Of a DNA stretch of 64,000 nucleotides, positions 30,806 to 50,610 are shown in pieces (position 1 is the stretch's first letter; every line of letters starts with the position of its first letter). The translations under genes and the position numbers were made by a program. Below the pieces are notes generated by a model that saw nothing but the letters and a program-made list of their open reading frames with translations, searched no databases and was not told the DNA's origin. The DNA comes from the human T2T-CHM13v2.0 reference genome, Homo sapiens. The stretch is from assembly GCF_009914755.1 (NCBI RefSeq), contig NC_060932.1. One strand, written 5' to 3'.

Positions 30806-31259
30806 AAAATTTTTTATTTTATTATTATTATACTTTAAGTTTTAGGGTATATGTACACAATGTGCAGGTTAGTTACATACATATACATGTGCCATGCTGG
30901 TGTGCTGCACCCATCAACCCATCATCCAGCATTAGGTATATCTCCCAATGCTATCCCTCCCCCCTCCCCCCACCCCACAACAGTCCCCAGAGTGTGATGT
31001 TCCCTTTCCTGTGTCCATGTGTTCTCATTGTTCAATTCCCATCTATTAGTGAGAACATGTGGTGTTTGGTTTTTTGTCCTTGGGAAAGTTTACTGAGAAT
31101 GATGAGTTCCAATTTCATCCATGTCCCTACAAAGGACATGAACTCATCATTTTTTATGGCTGCATAGTATTCCATGGTGTATATGTGCCACATTTTCTTA
31201 ATCCAGTCTATCATTGTTGGGCATTTGGGTTGGTTCCAAGTCTTTGCTATTGTGAATAA
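30806..31259 (-). mobile_element. 5'-truncated L1PA (PA3/4-like) 3' end
   Basis: attattattatactttaagttttagggta...; end of ORF2 [28 protein letters not shown]; TSD-like tttttaagg(c/g)tttt on both sides. Confidence 0.95.
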
Positions 31260-31473
31260 TTTTTAAGGGTTTTAAAAGACTGTAGAACTCTAAAATCAGA
31301 GCTATTATAAGGGGAATGTCATTCCTTTAACTGCTTCCTCCAAAAACAAGTTACAAAGCTGTAATCGGAAGTATTCATTATATAATAGCAAGGAATCTGG
31401 GAAAAGGACTAAAACAGTGAAGGTAAGTAAAATATAGAAGGTTAATTGAATATATTTATTTTTAATTTGTTGA

Positions 31474-32125
<652 letters not shown>

Positions 32126-32871
32126 TTAAGCATTTTAAACATAGCTAAGTAACTATGAAGTAACTAACTGGCTAAAAGTATAAGGTCTTAAACTAAAGAT
32201 CTCTTGATTATAACTATATAATACAGTATTCCCAAATGAAATAATACTACCCCCAAAAGACTTGCAACAGAGAGAACATGGCTAGGACTTGGGTGAGGGT
32301 TTTATGATACTAGCATAATCAGAGATCATCTCTGCATTGCCAGTCGCTTTCTGTTATACAAACTCCTCCAATGGAAACTAATGATAAGTCGTTTGTTAAA
32401 GTGTTCTGCACAGGTTCATTTTTCACCTCCCAAGACTGAGCTGACTTTAGCATGTCACTAAGTTGTAACAAGAAAACATGGAAGAATCCAAGTGTGCATT
32501 TAAAATTAGAGGTCAAGGCCTAACAAATGTTTATCACTAGGTCTAAAAGTAAGCCAGCAAGATTAGATGTGCTGAGTATCTGATCTATAAGCAAACTGAA
32601 AAGCAAAGTAGATCCAAAACTGTGATCTGAAGTAAAAGATGCCTGGTAGAGAAGACAGGAGAGAGAGAGACCCTTCATTAAAGTTTGTGCTGATCAACAA
32701 AAAATAATAGCTTTGAAATGAAATTAGTTTGGGATAAAGATGAAAACCTTGAAGACTTTTAATATATAATATAATATATATCTAAAAGTAATGCAAAATA
32801 TGCAACCTTATTTAGTGGTAGCCCTACTTATTTTTTAAGTAGAGGAATTAAAAAAAAAAGAACTCTAGAAG

Positions 32872-32953
32872 TACTAAGTTGAACCATATGATGTCACCAT
32901 TTTTTTTTGTACATTAAAAAATTTGAACATTGGAAATTTCATATGGCTCCATC
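32872..32953. mobile_element. MADE2-like (Hsmar2-derived) MITE
   Basis: tactaagttgaaccatatga ... aatttcatatggctccatc, about 80 bp with degenerate TIRs. Confidence 0.72.
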
Positions 32954-34154
32954 AAAAAAAAGGGAGGTTCATTAATTCAATGCCAATAACAAAAACCTGA
33001 AGACATGCTAACATTTTGTGGTTTCAAAAGGGCGTTTACTTCTGTGGAAGAGTGTTATTGAAGCAGAAACAGGATTTTTAATATTCTATGCTACATTTAT
33101 GCTTCAAGTCTTACAAAGCTGTGGCTAGTCAGTACTCACTTAAATAAGACTAAAAATAAAATTTTCCATTTATTACCACACCTTTTTCTTTTTGTCTCAC
33201 CTATGATATCCTTCCCTAATAGAACTTTATTCCCAATAGATTTTTCCATCCCTCTTGCTGGATCCCTGAAACCAGCTATTAATGGTAAAACTTCAAGCAC
33301 GTAGTCCTTCTGTGCCCACACATACACCCCACTTGTCAATCTATTATTCACCGGTTTTCTCCTACTCACTCCAGCCCTTCTCTACTGCTCTTCTTTCTTC
33401 CAACCTTGGCACATTGAGAGTCCCATCTGTCCATGTCAGGTTGTCAGGTTCCCTCCACCCCTTTCCTTTTAATACACCAGTGACCTAATCTCTTCTGCAT
33501 AGAATGTGGCGATTCTTGTAGGTCTCTTTGCCTTTCCCATGTAGCTGTTGTTTTTAACAATGCATGCCAGATTTTGTCATGTTATTTTCCACTTTTGCCA
33601 TATGTAGATTTTGGTGGCTGTCTCAAAACCAATTTTACCTATAAGACTTCATAAACAGAATCTGAATTGTATAAGCTAGGCTAAGTGTACATACCTCCGA
33701 TGTAAATATCAGAATAAAGGTACACATCTATACTAAGTATGTTTCTACGTGGATTGCTATTTTCTTTTGGTACACAAAACACAATGCTTGCTATGGCAGC
33801 ATTTCAGAGGTCCTTCTTACAAAAAAAAGAAAAGAAAACAGCAACTTTCCGGGCTCAGGAAGATGAGCACAGGGTCTCAGTGAACTCCCTCACGCTGTTA
33901 AATATGAGGGAAGTAATTTAGAACAGGAAGGGGAGCTCAAAGTGCCTTCGACATTTTTTGATGATGGGAAGTTTCAGAACAGTGCAGGTACATTTCTGAC
34001 TTTGATTCTACTGAGTGTAATCATTTTTCACCTTTGATTTTTTAGTAGTTGTAGAAAGCATTTAGCGATGTCACTGGCAGATAGACAAACATAATATTTG
34101 ATACTCCATTGTTCTGACCAACCCAGCAAAACCAACCACCCTGCATTTACTTAC

Positions 34155-34914
34155 CTTGAATTTGCTATTTCCACTTTGGTTCTGGCCATGGCAGCTGCCC
34201 TTTGGGCGCCTTCAATTGCTCTGTCCACCTTCTCCCTAGTTTTTGTATGTCTTATTGGTATAAGCTGCTTCCTTATCCCACGGACCAGAATATTATTTTT
34301 GTATTTTCCCTCTTCTTTGGAGCCGTCAGGAAACACGGTACAGCCATATCCATGCCTCTTGTTATTTGCCCACTCCCCTTCATACTTCATGCCATTGGAG
34401 CGCTCGCTAACGCCGAAGCCGTTGCGCTTGTCGTTCTTCCACTCGCCCATGTAGGTTTCCGTGGTGGTGGCGTCCACGTGGTCTTCCACCGGGCAAAAAT
34501 CACAATCTACATCGCCAAAGCTGATCGTGGAGTTGGCATCGCTGGAACTAATTCTGCTCATGGCCGCGTCGCTGCGGACAGAGCTGCGCTTGCTCGAGAT
34601 GGAAGACTTGGATTCGGACTTGCGAAGTTTCATGCTTCCAAGAAGGGAGCCCCTCCGGAAGAGGCCGCCCTTCTTCTTGCCCGCTAGCTCAGCGTCTGCG
34701 TGGAAGTTGAGCACGAAACCGCCGCGGGTGCCGGCCGGGCTGTCGGCGGCGGCTGCGGCGTCGTGGAGCACGCTGCCATTGCTCTGCTCGCTGCGCAGCG
34801 AGGCCAGCGAGGTACGCAGCGGTGAGCGGATCACCGTGGCCATGCCGTAGGGCACGCTCTGGCGCACGCCGTAGCCATGCCGCATGCCTCCGGCCCACTG
34901 GCCCTGGTAGGTAC
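34155..34914 (-). CDS. JPH1: Junctophilin-1 coding exon 2 (760 nt: last MORN of first cluster, joining region, two further MORNs, start of alpha-helical region)
   Basis: Acceptor tttcttgcggtctctccAAG|GTACC with CTCAC branch-like motif upstream; translation [16 protein letters not shown]...[11 protein letters not shown]...[14 protein letters not shown]...KVEIANS; donor AAG|GTAAGT (GT at 34154-34153); codon 213 is CGG (Arg) at 34655-34657. Confidence 0.98.
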
Positions 34915-40680
<5,766 letters not shown>

Positions 40681-40756
40681 TCACGACAGCGCCCTGGGCA
40701 GCTCGCGCTGCCGCTCGGCTCCAGTCCGACGCCGCCCCCGTCCTCCCTCCTCTTTT

Positions 40757-40811
40757 GCCGCCGCCACCGCCGCCTTCCTCCTCCTCCTCCTCCTCCTTCG
40801 CCGCCGCCGCC
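40757..40811 (-). repeat. Compound trinucleotide repeat (GGC)4-GA-(AGG)7-AA-GGCGGCGGTGGCGGCGGC upstream of the JPH1 ATG
   Basis: Read directly: + strand gccgccgccaccgccgcc tt (cct)7 t cgccgccgccgcc. Confidence 0.9.
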
Positions 40812-43800
40812 TGGGCCAGCGCCGCGCGCGAGAGGACAGCCCAGGTTCCCGAGCGGACCTTCAGCTGCTCCCGCCCGCCCACGTGAGCCGGGCACCGCCC
40901 CGCGCCCGCCCCTCGTCCCCTCCCCGGGCGCCGAGGCCCGGCCCCGCGGCGCTCCCGCCCCACCGGGCCCTGCCCCCAGCCCCGGGAGCCGCCGCTTCCT
41001 CGGCAGGCGGGCGCGCGCGGGGACCGGCTGGCGCGCATGTGTTCGCGCAGTGGGATGCCGGTGGGAGGGCGAGTGTACCCGGGGACGCACGAGAATCCCT
41101 GCCTGGAGATGAAGGCGCGGCTGCCTGTGTGGGGGCCGCTCGCGGGCGCCGGAGCCCCCGGTGTTTGTGTTTGGGGTTTTTCAAAGTGGTTAAGCTCCTG
41201 TGAGTGCGGCCACGTGTGTGTTGAGGGAAAACTCATTGTATGCGTGTTTGTCTGCATGGGGTTTGTAGTTGCATTGTTTTCGCATTCCAACTTGTGTACT
41301 GTTGCATTTGTCATGCTCAGCTGTCATCGTGAATTAATATCGCCTAGATATATGTATGCATGTGATGTAAATCTGCGGCAGCCTAGATATAATTGTGCAG
41401 AGTGTTCTTTTACACCTACCCGTTTCAAAGCACACGTGTTTGCATTTATTTAATGAAGACACTGAGGGTGAGCAGTACAGTTTGAAAAAGCACAGAATAT
41501 ATTGGTTAGTTTTTTATTAATAGTGATGAAGAGGATGTTTTCAATCGGCCTTTGCAGTGGTACAGGATATTCCTTTTACATTAGAGCCTGCCCCCTCTCG
41601 TGCCTCGTTTGTGCTTCTTAACAGCCTTAGAGATTCTTGAGCCTGGAGCTGTGTGCCCAACAGGTAGACGGCTCGGTCTGTGTACATTGTATAAGTGTCT
41701 GGAATGCACACCTCTCCACTGGTATCCACTGTTTAAGAAAGTAAATAGAGGTTTGCAAGGAGGAATATGGTAAGTAAAGCACTGCTCTAAACTTGCAAAG
41801 AAACTGTGACCTACAAAACCAGGGACAGATGTCAGCTGGTCTACTTTCTAGCTACAACACTGCTTTGTCGAATTCACTTTAGGCAACTCTTCTAAACTTT
41901 TAAACCTCCATTTCACCATCTTCTGAATGGGACTAACAAGATTTGCCTTTCTCTTTCTATATTCGGTAATAACTGAGTATATTGTGGCTGCAGTGCCAAA
42001 CCAAAAATTAGAGATTTGGTAATAGGCAAGTTGGATCAGCATTGCCTCTGGTGAGAGAAAGCATTATTCTCCACCTCACCCTCAAAATACCCACGGGAGA
42101 AACTTCTCCCACTTTCACAGCCTAGGGTCTTAGTTTGGCCTCTCAAGGAAACTGATTTGGAGTGTATTCCTGCTATTTCTTAGGCTGAGAGGCCTTTGGG
42201 TGACTATGCGAGCATCAGAAGCTGCCAAAGGTTCTCTCACTAAGTATTTGATAATCAGATATAGATATAAGGACAGGTGTCAGGAAGACAGCCTGGGAAA
42301 AAGTAGACTAAACTGCACAGAAAAGGAACTGAAATTGACCTTGATTGCCTCTCTCTCAGGACGAGAGCCGACCTTTCCTACTTATCTGGCTGAAAGACTG
42401 AAAGAAAAATCTCAGTTTATGCAGAACCAAATCACCAAAGAGAATTAGAAGCCCTCATCCATGGCACTGCCCGCAGAGTTGCCAGGAATAGTGCTTACCC
42501 TAGTGGCCTGAAATAATTATGCATCTCTCGAAGCATCTTGTCCTGGACTGGGGATTGATTTAGGCCGCTGGGAAGATGAGGGCCAGGGCTTTGCGGCTGA
42601 GCCATAATTCCATTTCCCTGTTATGGGATACACCAGAATCAGGAGCTAATGTAGAAAGATGCATTCCCATATATTTTGAGGTTCTGTATGATATGAGAAA
42701 AAGTGTGGTTGCTCAAGCCAATATTTTGAATGGGGGAGTCTCTTTCTAAACTAGACTTCCTCATAGAGTAGTCTTTGTCCCTTTGCCTTTTTTTTTTTTT
42801 TGGATCCACCCAGTGTGTTAGGACCCATATATGTTCTTTAAGGGGATAAATTTTGGAAACCTTTATCTCTTTATTTATTACTCTTCCTAATTAGTTGTCA
42901 TGCAAATGAGGGATTTTCTGGAACACAGAGCACAAACCAAGTTTCTGGCTTCTGTAATGGATATCTAGTCTATTTGTGGTGGGAGGTGCACACACATCTG
43001 GATTGAATATGAAGATTTGGGGAGGAAAAAAGACATGGCCATTTATTGCTTACTCTTTTCCTGTGGCTATCCCTAATAGATGCCTTGCAAAGAACCTTAA
43101 TTAAAAGTGAGACTTTACCACTAGGTATGTATGATTAAATTTTAACTAATCTTAATCCTAGCCTAGCTCTGATGTTGACTTTCTTTATGAAAGAAAGTTG
43201 GTATTTTTGGTAAATTACTAAACAATTTTTGGCAAATAACCATATAAACCATGCTTCCATTTACCAGCTGCCATCACAATGGAATGTTTACCCAGTCACG
43301 AAGACATATGTGTTAGTGTAAGTGTTCAGGGTCAATGGTAACGGTTGGAGAAGACGGGGAGAGAATACTAGGAAGAGGAAGAGATGCTGAGAGTGATGGC
43401 ATAGCAGATAGTAGACAGTGGAATAATGTTGCAGTTTAATAGTCAGGGTTAGTAATGTCCTTATTTTCCCTCTCCCTCTGAACCTTTGCCCTGGATAAGG
43501 GGGAGTTGAATTTAGCTTTAAGAAGGGATTAGTAAGAAGAGAATGTGAATGTTGGTTTGACAGGTGGAACGGGGGAGGCCATGAAAATCCAGGGGCCAGC
43601 AACTACCCTATAGTTTGTTTTCCTCCATGTTAAAAACCTAGTTATTATATATTTCCATTCTAAAAAATTTTATAACATATTGTAAGCTATTTTGAGTGTG
43701 ACTATGACCAGTTAACAACATATTAGTAAGGATGTTTTGCTGGAATTTAATGATGTCTTTCAAAAAATGAAGGTGTATTTAAAAATTTATTGGTGACTTC

Positions 43801-43828
43801 ATTTTATTTACATAGTAGATTAATTATT

Positions 43829-43972
43829 GGCTGGACAAGGTGGCTCATGCCTGTAATCCCAGCACTTTGGGAGGCTGAGGCGGGAGGATCATTTAAGCCC
43901 AAGAGTTTGAGACTAGCCTGGGCAAAATAGGAAGACCCCATCTCTAAAAGAAAAAACAAAAAAACAAAAAAA
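43829..43972 (+). mobile_element. Free left Alu monomer (FLAM_C-like)
   Basis: Single left arm followed directly by an A-rich tail. Confidence 0.88.
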
Positions 43973-44304
43973 CCCCGACTGATTATTGAGAGTTTTTAAT
44001 AAAAAATTTACAAATGACAAAAAGCTAATCTGTAGGTGTTTATTGTCTAAAAACCATGATTCAAAGTGTGTAGAAAAACACATACAATTAAAATCACTTG
44101 ATATATAAGTCAAAAAGTGTTACCATCTTGATTTATACAATCAAATAATCAAAATTTGAATATTTGCAATAAAGAATTTACAAACTCAAGAAATTTGTCC
44201 GTGATAAATATAAAAATTAAGAAATATGGTCAGAAACTTTGCAGGCAGTGTGAAATCAGAAGAGGAAGAGAATTCCAAAATTAATGGTCTTCAAGTCTTT
44301 TATG

Positions 44305-44525
44305 GCAACTACTGTATGACAGATACCATACTAAGCTTTTTTTACAGGTATGAATTCATTTAAATCTCATAGTTGTAGATGATTTGTACTAGTCGTACAA
44401 CCATTTCACAGAAGGAGAAAATAAGGTTTAGCACATTCATAGGTACAGAATTATTCAAGGTAGAAATGGTTGAGGTGGGATTCAAACCCAGGTCTGTGTG
44501 ACTTTAGAGGAGGTTCTTTATTCCT
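44305..44525 (-). mobile_element. MIR SINE
   Basis: ccatttcacagaaggagaaaataagg...gggattcaaacccaggtctgtgtgacttt. Confidence 0.75.
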
Positions 44526-45310
44526 GTCCTTGATTGGAGAGAGGATGAGAACACATTGAGAGCTTTCAAATGCTCGGCGGAGAACAACAAGGTGCAGTAA
44601 AGATGACTTTTATTTCTTATTTTTTTAGATTAGCTGCCTGGGTGAATGATAATGTTGCTGTCTAGATTTTTTTTTTTTTAAAGGAGGAAGGAGAGTAAAT
44701 TATGGGGGCTGCAGAAGATATATTTATTTAGGAGACAATGATCCAGAAGTATACCCCAGAGATGATCAGTAGGCAATTCAGTAGGAGAGGTCAAAAATTA
44801 AAAATAAGTAGGTTGATAAGTAAATAATGCCCATTTTTCTTCTTCCTCTGACAGCCGTTGTTCAGTAACATCCCCTTCTGAGACTTGCACTATTCACTCG
44901 GGCCTCGGACATAGCCTGGACTTGACTTTGATCCAGCAAGTAAGGTCCAGTAAGGCCAACTCTCTGGAATTTGAGAGTATAGGTCCAGCTGAAAATTGCA
45001 AACTGGGATTTTACAATTCCACTCTGACGGCGTTCCCTCATTGCCACTCTCACTGAACACTCCGTTGGTTCTCCTCAAAGTCCTCCATGCTACATAGCAC
45101 AACTTTTCCCAGGCAGATTCCTGATATTTATCACCATCCTGGAGCCCATCTCCACTGCAGCTTTCTCCTGCTGAGCAGAGGACACTGTCTTCTGTCTCAC
45201 AGAGGAAGAAGGAGCTAGGAACACTTGCACCTTTCCTCTCTTCAAAAACTTTACACAGGTTCCCATTTTCTTCCTCTTCCCATTCACCTGCCTCCAAGAG
45301 GAAAAGATAG

Positions 45311-45646
<336 letters not shown>

Positions 45647-47644
45647 TAATTTCTTCTCTTTCAGCCAACAAACAAGCTCTTGTGTTTTCCATATTAAAAC
45701 AGTCCTAATTTGCTGGTCTACCATCTCCTTAAGTCCTCTATGTCTTTTCTTGAAACTGCAGATCTTGAAAGAGTGTATTCTGGTCTTTATGTCCCTGCCT
45801 CCAATTTACGTACTACTTGATTTGGATTCTGTTCTCACCGGTCTAGTGAAGCTTTTCTAGCCATTAGGGACCTTCTGTTTGACAGATATGATGGCATATC
45901 TTCAGTTCCTATCCTGCTAGTGGCAGCAGTGAATTTTATACTTGGGGACACTCATCTCCTTGGCTTCTATGATGCCCATATTTGTGCTTCTCTTCTCCCT
46001 CTTCATCTCCCACCACTTCAGCTGTGTCATTCTCTGTGTATTTTTCATCTTCTTATCCCTTTCTAGTCTCCTTAACTTTATGCTATCTGTTGTTTTCCAA
46101 CTATTAGCCTTATGGTACCAGAATTTTGTATAATTGCTGGATATTTGTTGGCTTATCTTGTATAACTAGGCAATCCTGCCCTAGAAGCCAAGAGTCTGAT
46201 TTAGAAATAGTCTAATTCTGATCTAAAAACACCAGCTGAGCCTATTTAACTTTCAAGGGCAATGCTTTGGTTTCTTCTCATGATGCGTCCCTTGTGGCCC
46301 TCTGCCTCCTCTTCCTAATGGGGAAAGCTCCACATAGACCTGGACACCATCCATGTCTAATGATGAGGCTCACAGAGGGTTTCAGGAAAGTTCTAACAAT
46401 AAAAAAGGTAACCTCAGATGAAAGGGAGACTTGAAAGAGTGGTAACTTGAAGACAGAGTGGATTGCAGGTCTGTATTAGAGGTGTAGTGCCTGAACCAAA
46501 CCACAAAATGTGTACGTATATGTATGTATATGTGTGCATATGTTTATTCATCTTATATATGTGTACATGGTTACTGTCTTAGGTATGGAGACATAGAGAA
46601 GTAAGGCTCAGCCTTTGCACTTAAGGATATAAAATATCTCTAAAGAGACAGGAGATGAAAAAGAAAAATAATAAAAATACAAGGGAGATAACTACAAGTA
46701 GCCAATAAGTGCCAAGTATCGTAAGAGTTCAGAGGACAGAGTGATTTAATGGATTGCTATGGTTGAAACAATTTTCAGTAATCATTGGCATGTTGTTTAA
46801 CTTTATGGATATAGTAAAGGCATACCCTTCTAGATATTTATAATGCAATGATCTTCTTGAATTAAGAGGCACCCTACCAAGGGAAGGAATGAAGGGAATG
46901 AAGGTTTACCACTCTTTCAAGTCTCTCTTTCAATCTGTGATTGTAAGAACAGAAGAGACTTCCTGAAAAAGAAATCCCAGGCATCCGAGGAGACATGGCG
47001 ATGAGTTCATCTCTCATCCTACATTTAAAATCACAACGCTTTGTTCTGAAACTATGACTGAAAGGCAACTCAGTATTTGAAATTGCACGACTTGGAGATA
47101 GCAAGGGAATCTAAAAGCATTTTGAAGAGTGTCAGTATTGAGATGTTGTTAAAAGTTGTAAAAATTGATGAGATAACCTTTTCATAAAGCAGTTGCATAA
47201 AGAAGGGAGGTACACAATATTGTTGAAAGCAAAGGAGTAAGTAGCTACTAAATGACTCATAGCTGAAGGAAAGAAAAACGCAATCAATTATTAGACAGTA
47301 AAAGAAATGTAAATTATAATTGAGGAGTGAATGGTTCCAAGAGCTCAGGAATGGGATTTGAAACAATAGCCAATAATAGAAGAGGCTTTCCTCTAACTGA
47401 ATGACAAGGGGGGATGTGGTATCTTTGCCAAGAGTTGCAGTACCAATCTGCATATCAGCTCAGCATGCACACCTCAAAGCCCTTGTAGGCCATTCTTCAG
47501 ATACTGATTGCATTCCAAATAAAGCTTAAATTCCTCTTCCTTTCCTTCATCCCACTCTAGCATTTTTGTCATCTCTTGCATTTTACATCATTTTCATGTG
47601 GCAAGCACTTTTTAAAGCTTACAGAGACATCAGAACACCCAAAG

Positions 47645-47790
47645 AGTGGCTGTGGAGGCTCACTGCTCAGATCTGCCTTCAAGAGAACCTACAGTTTGGA
47701 GGGTACTTGGCAAAGAGACTCCAGCTGCCACAACTTCACATCTCCTGTGGGTTTTGCATCAAGGCCACTGCCCCTGACAACCCCTCCAAG
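47645..47790 (+). mobile_element. Partial LTR16-family 5' LTR
   Basis: ctcagatctgccttcaagagaac resembles ctcagatcttccttcaggagaac in the LTR at 50192. Confidence 0.65.
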
Positions 47791-50191
47791 TTAAGGGTAA
47801 ATTGATGCATCTTGCATCCTCTGCTACAAAAAGGAAGCAGAACACCTGGTAGGCCTACTCTTTGGTTCTGGAAGCAACACATACACACTTAGACACTACT
47901 TCAGCTTATGTGCTAGGTGACACAGAAGGGAGGCCACCAGCTTTGAGAGGGCTCAGACCAGGAAGGGGTTTTTCTAGAGGCTCAGGTTGTGATGCAAGCA
48001 GCCCTGCCTCTTGGGCCATATGATCAGGCAGATCCTATGGTGTTGGAGGTATCAGTGGTGAGAAAAGATATATGAAGATTATGGCAAGCCCCTGTGGAAG
48101 AATCACAGTTGCAAGTCTATGGGGATCTAAAGCAAGGATCTATATCATCTGCAACAGGCAATCTTACATCTTTTGAGAAACAGTTTACTTGAAAGTTACT
48201 TGGCCTTGGTAGTAAAGGAGTGCTTGACCATGGGAAAAAGTGCCTGTTCATTCAGAATTTCCCATTATGAGCTTGAGTCCTCTTGACTCAAGTCTTGACA
48301 GACCCAGAAGCAATCTATTGTGAGTTGGGACTGGGATCCCCAGGAGCAAGCTGAGGGGGACCAGAGGGCATGAAAAGCTGCAAGAACAGGTTGCCTTTTC
48401 TTGAGGGCTGTGTGGGACAGACCCTCATGTCCCCCACCTGGGTTCCACTGGTTCACTTCTCTGAGCAGATTGGGGTTTCAGATAACTAGCTGAAGGGGGA
48501 GGAAAAACCTTTATCTGGTTTACGGTTGGATGAGCTCAGTATGTGGATGTAGCTGAAAATGAATGGAGGCTGCATTACATCTACACTCAGGAGTGGTCTT
48601 GAACATCTGTAGACCGGGAAAATCTTTCCAGTGGGCAGAACTGTGAATGTTGAACCAGTCATGTATTTTGTGTGGAAGGGAAAGTGGCCCCAGGTGGGAA
48701 TATTTATATAGATTTCTGAGCAGTGGCTAACAGCGTTGCCTGGTCAGAGGCTGGACAGAGAAGGATTGGAAGACTGAAAACATGGAGGTCTAGGCTAGAG
48801 ACATGTGGATGAACATATGGGAATGGACACAAAGTGGAAGAGGCACTGAAAACCCAAGTAGATGACAGGACTCAGCCAGTTAATGTCAGCCTTCCTCAAC
48901 AGACATCCCAGATCTGGAGCAAGGGGCACATGAGCTTAGTTGCCTCAGTGGCAGAGATGGAGGTTGTACCTGGGCCCAAGAGCAGGGACTGCTGCTTATT
49001 GAGGTTGGTTTAACTACTCCTAACTTTGTAAGTCAGATCTGTTAGTAACAGAGAGTATTCCTTGCAAATATCAATCACCTACTTGGTGGTAAGTTGAGTA
49101 TATTAGACTCATTTCAGCCTAGAAGAGCCAGTGGTTCATCCTTACTAAGGATAGACGTTCTGGGTATGGATTTACCTTTCCTCCCCACAGAGCCTCAGCC
49201 TGTACCAGCACTGTCCAGTGGCTTATAGAATACCTGATTCACAAGCGTGGGATTTCACACATAAACTCCAACCAGGGGACCCACTTCACCGTGAAGGAGG
49301 TGCCAGAACGAGCCCTGATTGTGGGGTCCGCTTCGTCTTAGACACTGTATTACTGCTTACCTCTGTAATATTTCAGGGGCTAACCTCATAGAATAATGGA
49401 ATGGTCTCCTAAAGGTACAGCTATAATTCTAGTTTGCTGGTAATAATCTGCAAAGATGGAGTGGCATTTTTTGGGGTGTGATATATGCACAGAATCGGAT
49501 TTCTCTATGACACTATCTCTAATAGGGAGGACATAGAAGCCTAGGAACTAAGAGGTAGAAGCAATAGTACCTCACTTATTATCACATCCAGTGTCTTTCC
49601 TATCGGTGCATCTCTGGACTTTGCAGGGTTCCCAGAGGGGAAGCACTCTTGCCAGGGGACAAAGCAGAGCTGCAAACTATGGCTCCTGCCTGGCAGATCC
49701 AGGGATTGTGCCCAGGGATCAGCAGGTAAGAAGAGGAATCACCATATTGGCAGGAATGATTGACTTTGATGAGCAGAAGGAGGCTTTTATATAACGGGGA
49801 CAGAAAAGAATATGTGCAGACCCAGGTGATCCACTTAGGTGCTTCCTGGGACTCTATGGATCCCTTGTATCCATGGATGCAGTCATGTGGCAACCCTGGT
49901 CTGAGAAAGGTATGACTTACAAGGGGTTCAGACCTTCCAGAAATGAAGGATTAGGTTATACCACTAGGTAAGCCACTAGAACCTACTTATGTGATAGCTG
50001 ATGGTGAGGAGAATGAAGTAAAGAAAAGGGAGAAGATGAGAACCATTTTTAGCCACAAGGCTAACTTCAGAAACAGGGACTGCTATTTGTCCCATTAACT
50101 TCCCTTATCAGAGCTTCCCTTCAGGAAGAAAGGCCCCCAGGAACTGCCCCCAGATACATGTGAAGACAATCTCTGCAGTGCAAGGGGAGAT
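47790..50191 (+). mobile_element. Decayed ERV-L-class internal region (ERV3-16A3-like): RT connection/RNase H, integrase and dUTPase remnants
   Basis: Frameshifted peptides KEAEHLVGL / FWKQHI, LPLGPYDQADPMVLEVSV, SGYGFTFP, NQGTHFTVKEV, WNGLLK, RGITILAGMIDFD; purine tract before the 3' LTR. Confidence 0.82.
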
Positions 50192-50610
50192 TGTGGTGGT
50201 CATAGATGTGCACCACTCAGATCTTCCTTCAGGAGAACTTGCTGTGAGAGAAGAGGTTGGTGAACATCCTGTAGCTGCTGCACCTTTGAATTCCAATAGC
50301 ATTCATGCTGAGGCCACACTGTCTAAGCTGTTTCTAGCCAATAACCAAGCACAGTGGGATTCCAGGAACTGGGTCATTCCTTCTCAACACAGACCTCCTC
50401 TGATGGGTGAGATTTCCTGTGCTCCCCACTGACCTGGCTAAAACCTTTTAAGGGCTACACTGCAGTCTGAGCCTTTTCTACACAATTCTTCCTTCCCTGC
50501 TTTCCTTTCATGGGTTTCCCGCCTACTCCTGCTTCCTGTGGTCTTTATCCTGCATGTGTGTCTGATTCTATCCTGGAATCTGCTTCTTGGAGACCTTGAA
50601 CTGTTACACA
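50192..50610 (+). mobile_element. LTR16A/B-like 3' LTR
   Basis: TG...CA termini; tgcaccactcagatc, gaggccacact, agccaataac, ctgcagtctgag, tctgcttcttggag match recalled LTR16A. Confidence 0.85.
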
